Source of the DNA: Octopus vulgaris
Taxonomy: Eukaryota
Length of the DNA stretch: 64,000 nt
Assembly (NCBI GenBank): GCA_951406725.2
Contig: OX597816.1
Location: 73,904,001-73,968,000 of the forward strand
Reading direction: 5' to 3'
Made by a program: the position numbers and the translations under genes. Positions within the stretch are counted from its first letter, which is position 1, and every line of letters begins with the position of its first letter. Positions 50,125-63,554 of this stretch are shown one piece after another. The notes beneath the pieces are model-generated. The model ran no database searches. It was not told the origin of the DNA and worked only from the letters and a program-made list of their open reading frames with translations.

Positions 50125-50405
50125 AAGACCTATCAAGCCAAGCAAAATTGCAGCTGTGGCAGTTACTGGTGTCACACAAATTGGCACCCATGCTGGTGGC
50201 ACATAAACACACTCTGGTGTCATGCAAATGCACCCATTGCACTCTCGGGCTGGTTGGTGTTAGGAAGGGCATCCAACCATAGAAAATCATGCCAAATCAG
50301 ACTGGATTCTGGTGCAGCCTTCCAGCATGCCAGCCCCAGTGAAACCGTCCAACCCATGCCAGCATGGACAACAGGCGTTAAATGATGATGATGATGATGA
50401 TGATG
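50125..50405 (+). mobile_element. RTE 3' end
   Basis: Matches 18630-18898. Confidence 0.7.
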
Positions 50406-51129
50406 AAAGATAAGATGAATGTGCAGTTAAGAAATTTGTTTTGCAACTACATGTTTTCAGGTTCAATCCAACTGCAAGGCACCTAGCTGCTTGGTGTCTA
50501 TCACTGAAAAGGCAAAACCAGGCCAAAACCACCTGATCTGCTAGTCCAAGCAATGGAAGAAACGGTGATTGTCTGCCCCTGGCAATAGCTATGATGTGCT
50601 TTTATGCACCATGTAACCATGTGAGAGCTTACTACTTGATAAATACTGCAATTTTTTAAGCATTCTAACGCAACTTCCACTTTTAAGTGGTGAATATTTT
50701 ACCTCTTATACGTTGGGCATCTGTTTTACCTCTTAGACATTGGGCCTCACAGAGGGGATGACAGGGGATCAAGACTCTTGGAGGTTTGCTGTGCTTGAGA
50801 AGACATGTCAAGCTAAGTAAAATCAAGGTTGTTCTTGCATACAGGCATGTCCCCTGCATTTTTCTCCAGCTGAGCGTTCCTAATCTTGCAGGCTTGTGGG
50901 TGCTGGTGCTACATAAATGCTCCCATGCTGGTACTGCGTTAAAAAATCACCCAGTCCAGTCTGTAAAGTGGTTGGCATCAGGAAGAGCATCCAGCCGTAG
51001 AAACCATGCTGAAACATGAAGCCTGGGCAGATCATCAGTTGGCCAGCTCCTATCAAACAGACCAATCCATATCAGCATGGAAAGCAGATGTTAAATGATG
51101 TTGATGAGGATGATATATATATATATACT

Positions 51130-51415
51130 ATGCCTCGGAAAACCTAATCAATGCCATTACCTGCTTAGGTGCAGTAATCAATATATTGGCCAAACAGGAA
51201 TATTACTCCATCGAAGAAACACTCTTCACAAAGAACAAATCCGCCACCCACAATACAGATACAGGTCAGTGAACACATAGATAGGTATGCTAGGAACCTT
51301 AATCCTAATTTCCTAATTTTCCCCTTCTATCAATGTTCACAAAACACCTCAGCACAGTAAAGATTGAATAGAGAAGCAACTTTCAGCAATAACTATTATC
51401 CACAACTTAACATGA
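51130..51415 (+). pseudogene. Penelope-like element GIY-YIG endonuclease remnant
   Basis: SENLINAITCLG/CSNQYIGQTG..LHRR..LHKEQIR..VSEHI..FLIFPF..RLNRE..YPQLN, with frameshifts and a stop. Confidence 0.75.
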
Positions 51416-51603
51416 ACACAACATAATACAGAACATTACTAACCTTACCATTAATGCCACTAACACCCATACATTCCTTATACCATTCATATTACAGTAT
51501 TATATCGACTATAACTGCACCACGTCCAGAACTACTTACCTCCCTTACACAATCTTTTTACTCAGGGATTAGTAGACCCAACACCGTTTGATAATCAGTA
51601 CGC

Positions 51604-51650
51604 ATTCAAAGCAAGTGAACAGCAATGACGATACCGGTTTGACTTTGAAT
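51604..51650 (+). ncRNA. Degenerate G3-C8 hammerhead-like motif downstream of the GIY-YIG remnant
   Basis: ATTCAAAG caa-GTGAACA-GCAATGAC-GATA-CCGG-TT-TGA CTTTGAAT. Confidence 0.45.
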
Positions 51651-51829
51651 CTCTTTATCAATTCAAAATAATGAATTTAATTCCTCTTAATTCTACCTCA
51701 GTTCATCTAATTGTATTTATTTATCACTACTTTTCATAAAAAAAAGCCTTTATTTTTTTGATATTCAATGTGCATTTTCACTTTTTGCTATTTTCTCCAT
51801 ATCTTTTCCATGTGTAGTTTCTGTTTTCA

Positions 51830-52034
51830 CCCGATCGTGGCCATTTGCCAGCCTCGTCTGGCACGTAAAAAGCACCCACCACACTCATGGAGTGGTTGGC
51901 GTTAAGAAGGGCATCCAGCCATAGAAACATAGCCAGATTAGACTGGGCCTGGTGCATCCTTCTGGCTTCCCAGACCCCAGTTGAACCGTCCAACCCATGC
52001 CAGCATGGAAAGCGGACGCTAAATGATGATGATG

Positions 52035-52035
<1 letters not shown>
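51830..52035 (+). mobile_element. RTE 3' end
   Basis: Matches 16200-16406. Confidence 0.75.
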
Positions 52036-52065
<30 letters not shown>

Positions 52066-53735
52066 AAGGGCCTGCGGTGATCTTTCTGGCTGTGGAAGCT
52101 ATAACCAAAATTTTTTGTCACATAGATATTTGAATAAAATTGACATGTTCATATTATACAACCATTTAAAAAATTTTTTAAATCACATTTTATCTTAAGG
52201 ATGTTCTGTAATTTGAAAAAGTATAAAATATTAGTTGAATAAACACAGAAAACTACATGTTATCTTTCCACTGTTTTTCTGATGGAAGCAGAATGTTGAC
52301 TTGCTTTCCTTCTCCTGTGTAAGTGTTGCATAACAATGTAAGATTATGTATATCATAGGTATTACATATTAACAGAAACTCAACCTAAGCGTATAAGTAT
52401 TTATTAGCATCTAAAACTATTCGTCATCAGCTCTTACTAGAAAAAAATTGCCTTTGTGGCATTTTTATTGGGGAAAAAAATGTTAAAATATTACACCATA
52501 AAGGATGCAACAGCTTGTTTTGCTTCCCTTGCAGAGATTTTTTTTTTTTGTCGTCTGCCACTGCTTGTTCCTTCACCACTTGTACCAAGACACCATGGTC
52601 CAGCATTTTTCTTTTTACAATTTTACCTTATCTTGGATAAATATGTAATGGTATTTACGTAAAGGTAACATTAAGCTAAATAATCTAAGGATTAATTTAA
52701 GCAAAATGTTGGTATCACCACTGACAAATGGTATGTAAATAATGCATGGTGCATACCATTCCATTTGTGGGGTCATGCAGTGAATTAGACTGGCAGCCAT
52801 GGGGATTTCTCCCTCGTAAAGGAAGTGTCAGACCATTAGTTGGAAGAAAATTGGTGGTGTACCTGTAATGCAAAGCATTTTTTCTAAATAATGAACCAGA
52901 AGACAAAATGGGATGGTCATAAGATGGAAAAATTGAGACACAAAAACGAACCTAGCAAACTGCGGTTTCTTGCTGGCAGCATTCCAGCTGGTTTAGAGGA
53001 AATTATACATTCTTAAGAAGCAATTACTAGCGGAAGGTATGTAGTTCAAGTATTGGTCAACAAGCACTTAACATATTTCATTACTTCACAACAACAAACC
53101 AACAACTTGGATCAAACTGGGTGTTTTTGTTTTTTTTTTGTTTTTTTTTTAACTGCTTGTTAGTGAATTTAAAGATGAAAGTCATTTAGAAATGTATAAT
53201 TAAATATCAGACAATTTATTGGACTCTAAAAAGGAAATAGTTTTATTTGGTGAAAAATGATAGCAATTAGACCAGAAGTCTCTTAAGATTTTCAGAGTTT
53301 ATATTTTTAGTTTTAAGAGAGCTGCACATATATGCACTTATATGCACACACTCACTCACACATTGGTGTTGGTAAACAAGAGTTTTTCCTCATAGCTAAA
53401 GCACTTTGTGTGGATAACAAGCATCAAGCACAAACATCATTATTTCAGACCCATTATCAGACTGAAACCAACTACATGAAATAATCCACTTTATAACTCA
53501 CAAATATAACAAACCCAACGCTCATATGACATAGATTTTATGTCAAGTATTTTATGTTTTTGCATGGAAATACAAATATTATATTATTGTGGTTTTGTAT
53601 TTGGTTTACAAGTTTCTTGATGCAAAAACATGAGTTGAAACAGATTTCGTTGTTGTATCTTGGGTGGGTCATTTTGTCAATAAGAACACACACACTGATT
53701 CTGGTGAGCTGGCAGAATGGTGAGTTCATCAGACA

Positions 53736-54835
53736 AAAGGTCACAACAGTCCCCTGGAACAAGATACCAGTCCATTGCAAGGTTACCTATTTACACCAAG
53801 TGGATTGGAGTTACACGAAATGAAGTGTCTTGCTCAAGGACACAATACACCACCTTGCCTGGGAATTGAAACCCTGATCTTGCTATCATGAGTGCCACAC
53901 ACCTTCACTGGACCCTGTTAGATGGTCATAACATCTCTTTCTTTATGATCTTTACGTCTTGAGTTCAAATGCTGCTGAGGTCAACTTTGCCTTTCATACT
54001 TTCAGGGCCAGCAGAATTAAGTACCAGTCAAATAATAGGGTCCATGTAATTGACTTGCTCCCTTCCCCCAGATTTGCTGGCCTTGTGCCAAAAACTTGAA
54101 ATAATTATTATTACTCATTTAAAGTTTGATTGATTGATTGATGAATTGCTCAATCAATCATTCAATCAGCTGATTTGTCAAAATCTTTTTATCACTCTGC
54201 CTGACTGTCCTTTGTGCTGGTGGCACGTAAAAAGCACACACTATACTCTCGGAGTGGTTGTCATTAGGAAGGGCATCCAGCTGTAGAAACTTTGCCAGAT
54301 CAGATTGGAGCCTGGTGCAGCCTTCTGGTTCGCCAGTCTCCCAGTCAAACCGTCCAAACCATGTCAGCATGGAAAGCAGACGTTAAATGACGATGATGAT
54401 GATGATGACAACCTCCTCAATGATAAGTGCTTGTTTTATTAAGAGACAATGAAAGAGACCTGGATTAATGAGGGCATGTTATCAATGAGATTGTTAACGG
54501 CAATAAAAAGAACTTTAATGGAAAAAGCTAGAAGCAATGGGAACATGATGTTATCAAAACAGTTTGGAGTACATCATAAATGAACAGGTTTGCAAAATCC
54601 CCCAGCATCATATCATTCTTGAAGAAAAGAAAGAGATGTTATGACCACATAACAGGGTCCAGTGAAGGTGAGTGGCACTCATGATTGCAAAATCATGGTT
54701 TCAATTCCCAGGACAGGTGTTGCATTGTGTCCTTGAGCAAGACACTTCATTTCATGTAACTCCAACCCACTCGGTTGTAAATAGGTGACCTTGCAATGAA
54801 CTGGTATCTTGTTCCAGGGGACTCTTGTGACCTTT
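53736..54835. repeat. About 208-bp inverted duplication of a SINE plus its flank (53736-53943 / 54627-54835)
   Basis: Both arms share the non-SINE flank AAGAAAGAGATGTTATGACCA and the atypical head TAACAGGGTCCAGTGAAGGTG. Confidence 0.8.
54200..54408 (+). mobile_element. RTE 3' end
   Basis: Matches 16200-16406. Confidence 0.75.
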
Positions 54836-55489
54836 GGTCATTTACATGCCATGGAAACAGCTCCATGAGTCCTAGGAGTCAAGTCAGTAATATCCAGTGG
54901 CAAAGAACATTCTTCAAGGAACTCTAGAAGGTAGATGGGTTGAGGAAAAGACTAATGGACAAGTAAAGAATAATTAAATAAATCATTAGCAGTGACCTGT
55001 GAGCTCTGGTACATAGTCATGACAGATGAAGAAGATTGGTACCCAATGTGTCAAAATGGTACTCCTACAATACTATCCGGGCTTAAGCAACCAAGCAGAT
55101 TATCAGAACAATAAAACTTACCCGGATTTCCTCCCCTATAAACTCATTTTCCTTCCTTATAAACCCTCTTACTGTAAATTCCTTAAAATAGTTTGGCATT
55201 TACGCTTTACATAATAATTACAAACCATTATTTACATTATTTACAATTGATGGTTATTTGTCTTCATCTTGTTTGTTGTTAACACAATGTTTCGGCTGAT
55301 AAACACGTGTCTGTGGAGCCCTCGGCCACTTACATACTAATTTCATAAGCAGGCTGTTCTGTTGATTGTATCAACTGGAACCCTTGTCATCATAACTGAA
55401 GGAGAGCCATTTTTGTCATAAACTTCATTAATGGCACTGCTCCAGTATGGACACAACTTCTGGCTGAAATTAATAGTAGAACAATAATT

Positions 55490-55700
55490 TCAAATTCTGG
55501 TACAGGGCCAGTAGATTCCAAGAGGAGGATGAAGTCAATTATATCGACCCGAGTGAATGTTTGGTACTTATTTTATTGACCCTGGAAGGATGAAAAGTAA
55601 AGTCAACCTTAGTGGAATTTGAACTCAGATCAAAAAAATAAATATACTGCTACTAAGCATTTCACCCAACAGGTTAACATTTCTACCAGTCGGTCACCGT
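55490..55700 (-). mobile_element. SINE family B, degraded
   Basis: GGTACTTATTTTATTGACCCTGGAAGGATGAAA..GAATTTGAACTCAG. Confidence 0.6.
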
Positions 55701-56246
55701 AACTGATACTAGAATAATTACACTAAGTTCTATCTATTTAACCTATTTATGAATTACTAGAGTACATGTACAAGCACCCCCACGCAAAAATTCTCTTTTT
55801 CTATATTAATTTTGTTTTAGATTGCTGAAGAACCAATTATTTGTAATGGCCTATATACTGTATCTTCATAACAAGAAACCACAAAAACATCATTAAGTGG
55901 TGTCATACCATTTAACAGTCAAAAATTCACAGTCACTGCAATAATAAAGGAAATGTTATCCCATTAACCTACAACTAGAACCTTCTCAGTTGCTTCAAAT
56001 ACCAGACTTCATCACCATTGGAGATCTTTCCTGGTGAATATACATCTTCAACATAGCAAAGAGAACATCCCAGAGACTGTCTTCTTTTATTGTCACAGCC
56101 ACAAAATACTTTAGAGCCCTATAACTGCTAATCTTCTATAAAGCTGAGGTGAGGCCCAGAGAAGTGTACAGCTCTTCGAATTAAGGATCGTCATCTTCAA
56201 TAGTATATACACACATTTATATATGCACAACAACACACTTATGTAT

Positions 56247-56280
<34 letters not shown>

Positions 56281-56449
56281 ATTAAATTTTTTATATGCTT
56301 TACAAAAGAATTGCCTCAGTTATATAAAAAATTAAGATGTGTTCTTCAGAAGAGTCTACAGGAATAAGTTTGGAAATGTATTTTTATATATTGTGGAAAT
56401 ATATGCATGTTTATATAAACAATGATGATGATGATGATGATGATATATA

Positions 56450-56616
56450 TACAGGTGCAGGTGTGTGGAAAGAAGCTTGCTTCCTGCTTCCCAACCAAAT
56501 GGTTCCAGGTTCAGTCACACTGAGTGGCACCTTGGGCAAGTGTCTGCTACTATAACTTCAGGCTGACAAAAGCCTTGTGAGTGGATTTGGTAGACAGAAA
56601 CTGAAAGAAGCCCACA

Positions 56617-56668
<52 letters not shown>

Positions 56669-56863
56669 ATTTGTGTGTGTGTTTGTCCCCCAACCATTGC
56701 TTGACAACCAATTTTGGTGTGTTTACGTCCCCATAACTTAGCAGAGTCCAATAGAATAAGTATTAGGCTTGCAAAGAATAAGTCCTGGGGTCGACCTGTT
56801 CGACTAAAGGTGGTGCTCCAGCATGGCCGCAGTCAAATGACTGAAAAAAGTAAAAGAATAAAA

Positions 56864-56865
<2 letters not shown>
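56450..56865 (+). mobile_element. SINE family A
   Basis: Collinear with 12301-12700. Confidence 0.8.
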
Positions 56866-56903
<38 letters not shown>

Positions 56904-57438
56904 ACCATCGTGTAACATCCATTTTCTTTGCAGATCAATGCAACTCCTCGTCTGAGTTAGCATGTCTCACAAAACAGGGAGCCACAAAACAGAGGGGCTG
57001 GAGTAACAGTGTGTGGGTTTCAGACCAGCGAGTTGTCATCCATCTTAAATTAACGCCAATGACTCGTATCAGCCCCCACACCCACCCCTTCTTCTGCTGA
57101 AGTCCAATCCCAACAAGCACCAACAATCCAATGTGATTCTTGCAATAGGCTGTTTAGAGTAAGAATTGACCTCAGTAGCAATGAGAAAGCACTTTATCCC
57201 CTACAGCACAAATGATTCCCCATCCTTCGGACTTAAATGGACTAAATATTTGGAAACATGTCCTTCCCAACGTATGCAAATCTTATTTGTTTAATCCCTG
57301 AGTAATAATGAGTTTATAGAGGCTGTCTCCATGAACTGTCAAAGATGATACTCATTTTATTGATGAACTCCCAGCAGAGGACTAAAACCAGTCCAGCTGA
57401 TACCTCTTTTCTGCTCATCAAGTTAACTGTATATAAAG

Positions 57439-57844
57439 CAGGGCTGTGGAGATGGAGTCGAAGTCATGGAGTCAGTCAGAGTTGTGGAGTCAGTTGGAGT
57501 CAGTCGAAGTCGTGGAGTCAGTTGGAGTCATGGAGTTAGTCAGAGTCATGGAGTCAGAGTTGTGGAGTCAGAGTCAGAAACAATTAAGGGGTAGCTGGAG
57601 TCAGAGACAGTAAAATTATACCGACTGATTCTGACTCACAATATCTTTATTCTTTAATATAAACCAGTTATAACATATAGACCTACTCAAAGTACAAGTG
57701 TATGCACATGCTTTATGAGATATGTAGACCACAATCACTTAATGACATAAAGAGGAGTTGGAGTAGGAATCAGAGTCAGAAATGCCAATAGTAGAGGAGC
57801 CAGAATCAGAGTTGAAGTTTTTTTGTTTCGACTCCACAGCCCTG
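57439..57844. mobile_element. hAT MITE with GGAGTC subterminal repeats
   Basis: TIR CAGGGCTGTGGAG / CTCCACAGCCCTG; 8-bp TSD ATATAAAG / ATATATAG. Confidence 0.85.
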
Positions 57845-59094
57845 ATATATAGACAAGGTATTTACATCCGTATATATACACACAGCATTAGCTGAATTTT
57901 ATAGCTACATGTTTACATCTACTCATACATGCGAAGGTACATGGTTTAGTGGTTAAAGCATTTGGCTCATGTCCTTTCGGTCACGAGTTCAATTCCTGTT
58001 GATGCAATGCATCCTTGAGCAAAACACTTTATTTAATTTTTTTCCAGTCAGTATATATATGGATAGGTTGTTGAGCCATCTAATATTATTTGTCAGGAAC
58101 AAGGTATAAAGAAATACATGGAACAAGGTGGTAACATTAATGTCTTTAATGCCAGCCACACGTATATATACACATGTTGAATGATAAATGAAAGTGTTTG
58201 GTGGACATTTATCCATATATCTACATGCATCTGCGTGGGCTGTATGCTAGCTGTTAACCCTGGTGAGGAAAGCTCATGAACAGCAATATGTTAGAACCAG
58301 TGCAATGTGTTGGGGCTGTGTAGATGTTGTTACCGACGTTGGAGAGAGACATGATGGTGGCGATGAAGATGGAGGTCACTGTAATGTGGTTAGATCTTAG
58401 AAGGTCTGGAACCAACAGACCCCGAGGCTAGGAGGAGGTGAGTTTTTATAGCTAACAGTAGGCTCAAATGCAGTTTAGGACAGACTCTCATGTGATTCAT
58501 TTGGAGGCTGCAATTGGTTGGGATGCATATTGGCGTGTGATAGAGTAAGAGACAAATTGTGACAATACCAACCAATCAGAGTGGTAGACTCAACGGGGTA
58601 CAAAACAGCTTCCAAAGGCTAGCTGTTACCTGCTACGCTTGTATGTATATATAATAGGGAGAGGAAGTTTACTAGAGTTCGCTACATACATATATCATTT
58701 GATTGGTATGCTGGATTATTTTCACATTATATGCAATGTGAAACTTTTATGTTTTTATGTCGTTTTTGTTTTCACTGCATTTTTCTTCAAAGTCTTGCTA
58801 ACCAGACTGCTACAATTTAAAATATTCTTTCTATAATAAATAAATAAATAAATAAATAAAACAAACTGAAAATTTCATTTTTATTTACATTAGTCCTTCA
58901 ATTCTGACAGACTAAACTTATTAGCTAGGTTAATGATTCTAATTAGAACATCAATCTCATTACATTTTTTTAAAACTATTTAATAATAGTATTCCTATTA
59001 TTTGATAGCTAATTTATTGTTGTTGTTGTTGCTGCTGTTGTTATTAGGTATCAAATTCTATTCTTAATTTAGCAAAATCAATAGAGAACAAAGT

Positions 59095-59125
<31 letters not shown>

Positions 59126-59723
59126 ATAGAAATATTTTACTTTAATATGAGGAAGACAAAGAAGAAGAACAAGAACAATGATTGCAAATAGCAAGTCAAT
59201 TATTATCTATTACATTGTTCTATGGAAGATGTTCTGAACTGAAACCATTATTCTCTAGAAAATATTCTGAATCTAATCAAATAATCTGCAGAATATATTC
59301 TTAAGCTGATCCAATATTCTAAGAAATAAAAAATCTGAAGCTGATCCAATACTTTCTATATATAAATCCTGAAACTAATCCATTGTTTTGTATAAAGTGT
59401 TTTTACTATAATCCAATGTTTTATAGGTGCAGGCATGGCTGTGTGGTTAAGCTGTTTACTTTGCCACTATGTAGGTTTTAAGTTCAGTCCCACTGTGTGG
59501 CACCTTGGGCAAGAGTATTCTGTTATAGCCCCAGGCTGACCAAAGCCTTTTGGGTGAATTTGGTAAATGAACACTGTGTGCCTGCCTGCCTGCCTGCCTG
59601 CTTACCTACCTATCTACATACATACATACATATACACACACACACACACATACATACATACATACATACATACATACATACATACATACATACATACATA
59701 CATACATACATACATACATACAT

Positions 59724-60225
59724 GCATGATGATGATGGCCGTCCACTCGTGACCGAGGAAGACCATTGCCGATCTTCAGGAACATTGTGCACTCTAGGAC
59801 TAACTTGTATTTTGCATTTGCAGCTCCGTTAGTGGCTAATTAGCCCTGCTCTTGACAAGCATACACGACTGCAAACATTGCAGACCAAGCTTTCCCCATT
59901 CAGTATACGAGCCGTGCGCTTTCGCACATCTCGCTTAAGTTCTTCATGCTGGATACGTGCTCTCTCAAAAGTGTCGATCCCCTCCTTAACCTGCTTTCTC
60001 CATCTGTGGCGATGACAGGCATTGTTCTCCCAGTCAGTGTCCTGTATATCAAAAGCCTTTAACGAGGACTTGACACAGTCCTTAAATCGTAGCCTTGGTT
60101 TCTGCCAGAGTCTCCTTCCATTCACAAGTTCTCCATAGAGCATCTTCTTAGGAATCCTTCTATCCTCCATTCTAATAAGGTGTCAGTCCAACGCAACCGG
60201 TGCCTGTGTACCATCGCCTCAATAC
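59724..60225 (-). mobile_element. BovB-like RTE 3' fragment with C-terminal C2H2 motif
   Basis: MEDRRIPKKMLYGEL..PRLRFKDCVKSSLK..WE..RWR..CNVCSRVCLSRAGLISH; (CAT)n tail. Confidence 0.8.
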
Positions 60226-60231
60226 TCAATA

Positions 60232-60760
60232 CTCAAGATATCAGGTTTATACCTCTAAATATTGGGGATCTGGGTTCCCTGACCATAAACAAAACAATAG
60301 CATTGCTTTTGAATATATACATACATACATACATACATACATAAGACCCCACAATATGGTAGAAGCCATAGCTACTGATAATAAAAAGGAATACTGGTGG
60401 AATGTCCCAGTCAAGACCTCAATAAAATGTAAGCACAACAGACCTGATATAATGATTTGGGATAGAGAAGAGAAACTGTGCACAGTTGTGGAAATTAGCT
60501 GCTGAGTGGATGTTAAGATAAAGCTGAAGATCAGTGAAAAAGAGAACGCCTATGCTGAACTATTGAGAAATCTGAAGTGACTCTATCCAGACTACAAGTT
60601 GAGGTTTATACCGCTAAATATTGGGGACCTGGGTTCCCTGACCATAAACAAAACAATAGCATTGCTTTTGAATATAGTGGGTTTCATATGTTATCAACCA
60701 TGGAAACACATCTGAGCTTTCTTTGTTTTATAAAGACTGTCACTATGTGCAAGCTGTTTG
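60232..60760 (+). mobile_element. R4/Dong-like non-LTR fragment (restriction-like endonuclease) with an about 80-bp duplication
   Basis: YWWNVPVKT..HNRPDIMIWD..VVEISC..K..Y..L..IPLNIGDLG; about 60243-60316 repeats about 60602-60676. Confidence 0.7.
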
Positions 60761-61309
60761 TTGTTTGATAGGCTGTGAGGACTATAACTTTGCTTGGAAA
60801 TAGGTGAAAGTTGGAGACAGGAAAGGCAACTGGTTATAGTAAATCTGCCTTAACAAATTCCATCTGACACATGCAAGCACGAGAATGTGGACATTAAAAT
60901 GATGAAGGTGATAATGATGATTATGGACAACGATGCTGATGACGATGACAGCGATGATGATGATGATGATGATGAAGATGATGATGATGATGGTGTTATG
61001 ATAACAATGATGATGATAATGTTACTATTTTTCTGTATGAGAAAATCAGAAGTTAATTCTATGAATAAATTCTGAAGCTGATTCAATGCTCAAAGATATT
61101 CTCAACTAAATCCATTATTCGATATAGGATATTATGTATGCAATATTCTGAGGTTAATCCATCAACAGAAGATATCCTGAGGTTAATCCATCTACGGAAG
61201 ATACCCTGAGGTTAATCCATTGTTTGGTATAAGCTATTCTAAATTTAATCTTTTTCTATCCTAGAAGAAATTGTTTTAAAAGACTAAGTTCATATCTACC
61301 TATATATAT

Positions 61310-61599
61310 GTAAGATGGACTCTCCTGTCGTTAGACGACATATGAGGATTCGACCAAACAACCACACAGACGGTTTGTTTATAGTGATCAAATATTTGCG
61401 TAGACATAAGATCACTCCTTCCATCAGATCAACATTACCTGCACAGGTGCAATAGGTGCCACATGTCAGATATTGAAATGATTACAGAGTAATGTGAAAT
61501 GAAGTACTTTGCTCAAGAACACAATAAAATGCAGTCTGAGAATCGAACCCATGATCTCGCAATCGTGAATGCAACGCCCTAACCACTAAACCATGTGCC

Positions 61600-61600
<1 letters not shown>
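61310..61600 (-). mobile_element. tRNA-derived SINE
   Basis: Minus-strand head TGGTTTAGTGGTTAGGGCG..GGTTCGATTC, TGTGTTCTTGAGCAAAG. Confidence 0.65.
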
Positions 61601-61644
<44 letters not shown>

Positions 61645-61674
61645 ACACAAACACACACATACACACACATAGGT

Positions 61675-62110
61675 CCACTTGACTGGCTCCCATGCCAGTG
61701 GCACGTAAAAAGCACCATCCATACGTGGCCGATGCCAGTACCCCTGACTGGCATGTAAAAAGCACCAATCAAACGTGTCCGATGATTAAAGAATCAAAGC
61801 CACTTGATCTGTGCTGATGACATGTAAAAAAGCACCCATGTTGGTGCTATGTAAAAAGACCCTGCATTGGGCACCATGTAAAAAGCTTTCATGCTGGTGC
61901 CACATAAAAAAACACCCATGCCAGCACCATATAAAATGCATCCTGTACACTGTGAAGTGGTTGGCATTAGGAAGGGCATCCAGCTGTAGAAAGCAGGCCA
62001 AAACAGATAATGGAACCTGGTGCAGCTCTCCAGCCATGCCAACTCCTGTCAAACTAGCCAACCCATGCCAGCATGGGAAACGGATGTTAAATGAGGATGA
62101 TGATGATGAT
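61675..62110 (+). mobile_element. RTE 3' end
   Basis: Expanded AAAAAGCACC units and (GAT)n tail. Confidence 0.7.
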
Positions 62111-62814
62111 CAGGTGTTATTTAATCTAGAGGAAATGGTAGATGAGTGTATTGTGAGAGTGAAGGAGTGGTTCTTGGAGTTTAATGTTTGACAGAAATCT
62201 AGGTCTTGGATTGTATTTGTGACGGAACAAAGGAGGAAACTACAAATTTCAAGTTGCTCTTAAAATCATTATCTCAGTCCTTGAAAGTAGCCCAGATGGA
62301 TGGGGGTTGGATGGGGGAGAGCTTAGTGACTGCAGCTGGGCCTCTTGAAATCCCATTCTTATTGGACCACCGACCATAAACTAAGAAATAAGTGGATCAT
62401 TATCATTATTTAATGCCCTTGTTCCATGCTGGCAAAGTTTGAATGGTTTCACAGGATCTAACAGGTCCAAGGACTATGTCATGCTCCAGGGCTTTCATTA
62501 GCAGGGTTCTTAGGGTTGAATACCCTTTCTAATGTCAACCAGTTTATGGCATGCACCAGGTGCCTTTTTTTTACACTAGTGAGGTTGTCATGTAGTTTGC
62601 AAGATTACGAACCCCAAGGTGGGGGTGAGGGGACAGTTTTATGCTGGGAGATGAGAGGGTAAAGTATGTGAGAAGGGACCAGAACAGAGCAGGTTTATTG
62701 CCATGGCAGGAGTAGGGGGCACATGGTTGCTCACAATATAGAGGACAGGGTGGGAGTGATTGCAGTGGAGTAGGGAAAGGATAAAAATAATAGGGATGAG
62801 GTATCTGTGTAGAT

Positions 62815-63250
62815 CGTAGGAGTGGCTGTGTGGTAAGTAGCTTGCTTATGAACTACATGGTTCCGAGTTCAGTTCCACTGCATGGCACCTTGGGCAAGTG
62901 TCTTCTACTATAGCCTTGGGCCGACCAAGGCCTTGTGAGTGGATTTGGTAGACAGAAACTGAAAGAAGCCCGTTGTATATATATATACATATATGTATAT
63001 ATATGTATGTCTGAGTATATGTTTGTGTGCGTGTGTTTGTCCCCCCCCCCAACATCGCTTGACAACCAATGCTGGTGTGTTTACGTCCCCGTAACTTAGT
63101 GGTTCAGCAAAAGAGACCGATAGGATAAGTACTAGGCTTAGAAAGAATAAGTCCTGGGGGCGATTTGCTTGATTAAAGGCGGCACTCCAGCATGGCCACA
63201 GTCACATGACTGAAACAAGTAAAAGAGCAAAAAAGAGTAAAGAGTATGAG
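62815..63250 (+). mobile_element. SINE family A
   Basis: Collinear with 12301-12700. Confidence 0.8.
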
Positions 63251-63554
63251 AAGAGTAAAAGAAATGAGTGAGAGGAGAAGAACTGGGAGCGTGGGCGAGT
63301 AGAAGTTGTAAGAGTGTAGTGGAAGAGTGAAAGATGAGGAATGGGTAAGGGGATGAATATAATACAAAGAAGAATGAGTGTTGTGTGGATGGTAAGGGAG
63401 GTAGGGAAGAGTAGGTGACAACTGTAGGGATTGGGTTGGGGGGGACCAATGATGGTAATGGTGAAGAAAAATAGCAGAATATTAGATTATATATGAGTGA
63501 TGGATTTTCTAACAGTTTCCACATTGAGCATCCAGTCTTGGTTCATTTGAACTA

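Noticed and set aside
52420-52440. CTGATGA on the minus strand (also CTGACGA at about 42596 and CTGAAGA at about 880)
   Set aside because: No stem II, GAAA or helix I partner.
52716-52772. Pre-miRNA-like hairpin
   Set aside because: Only about 11 contiguous base pairs; no known mature miRNA recognised.
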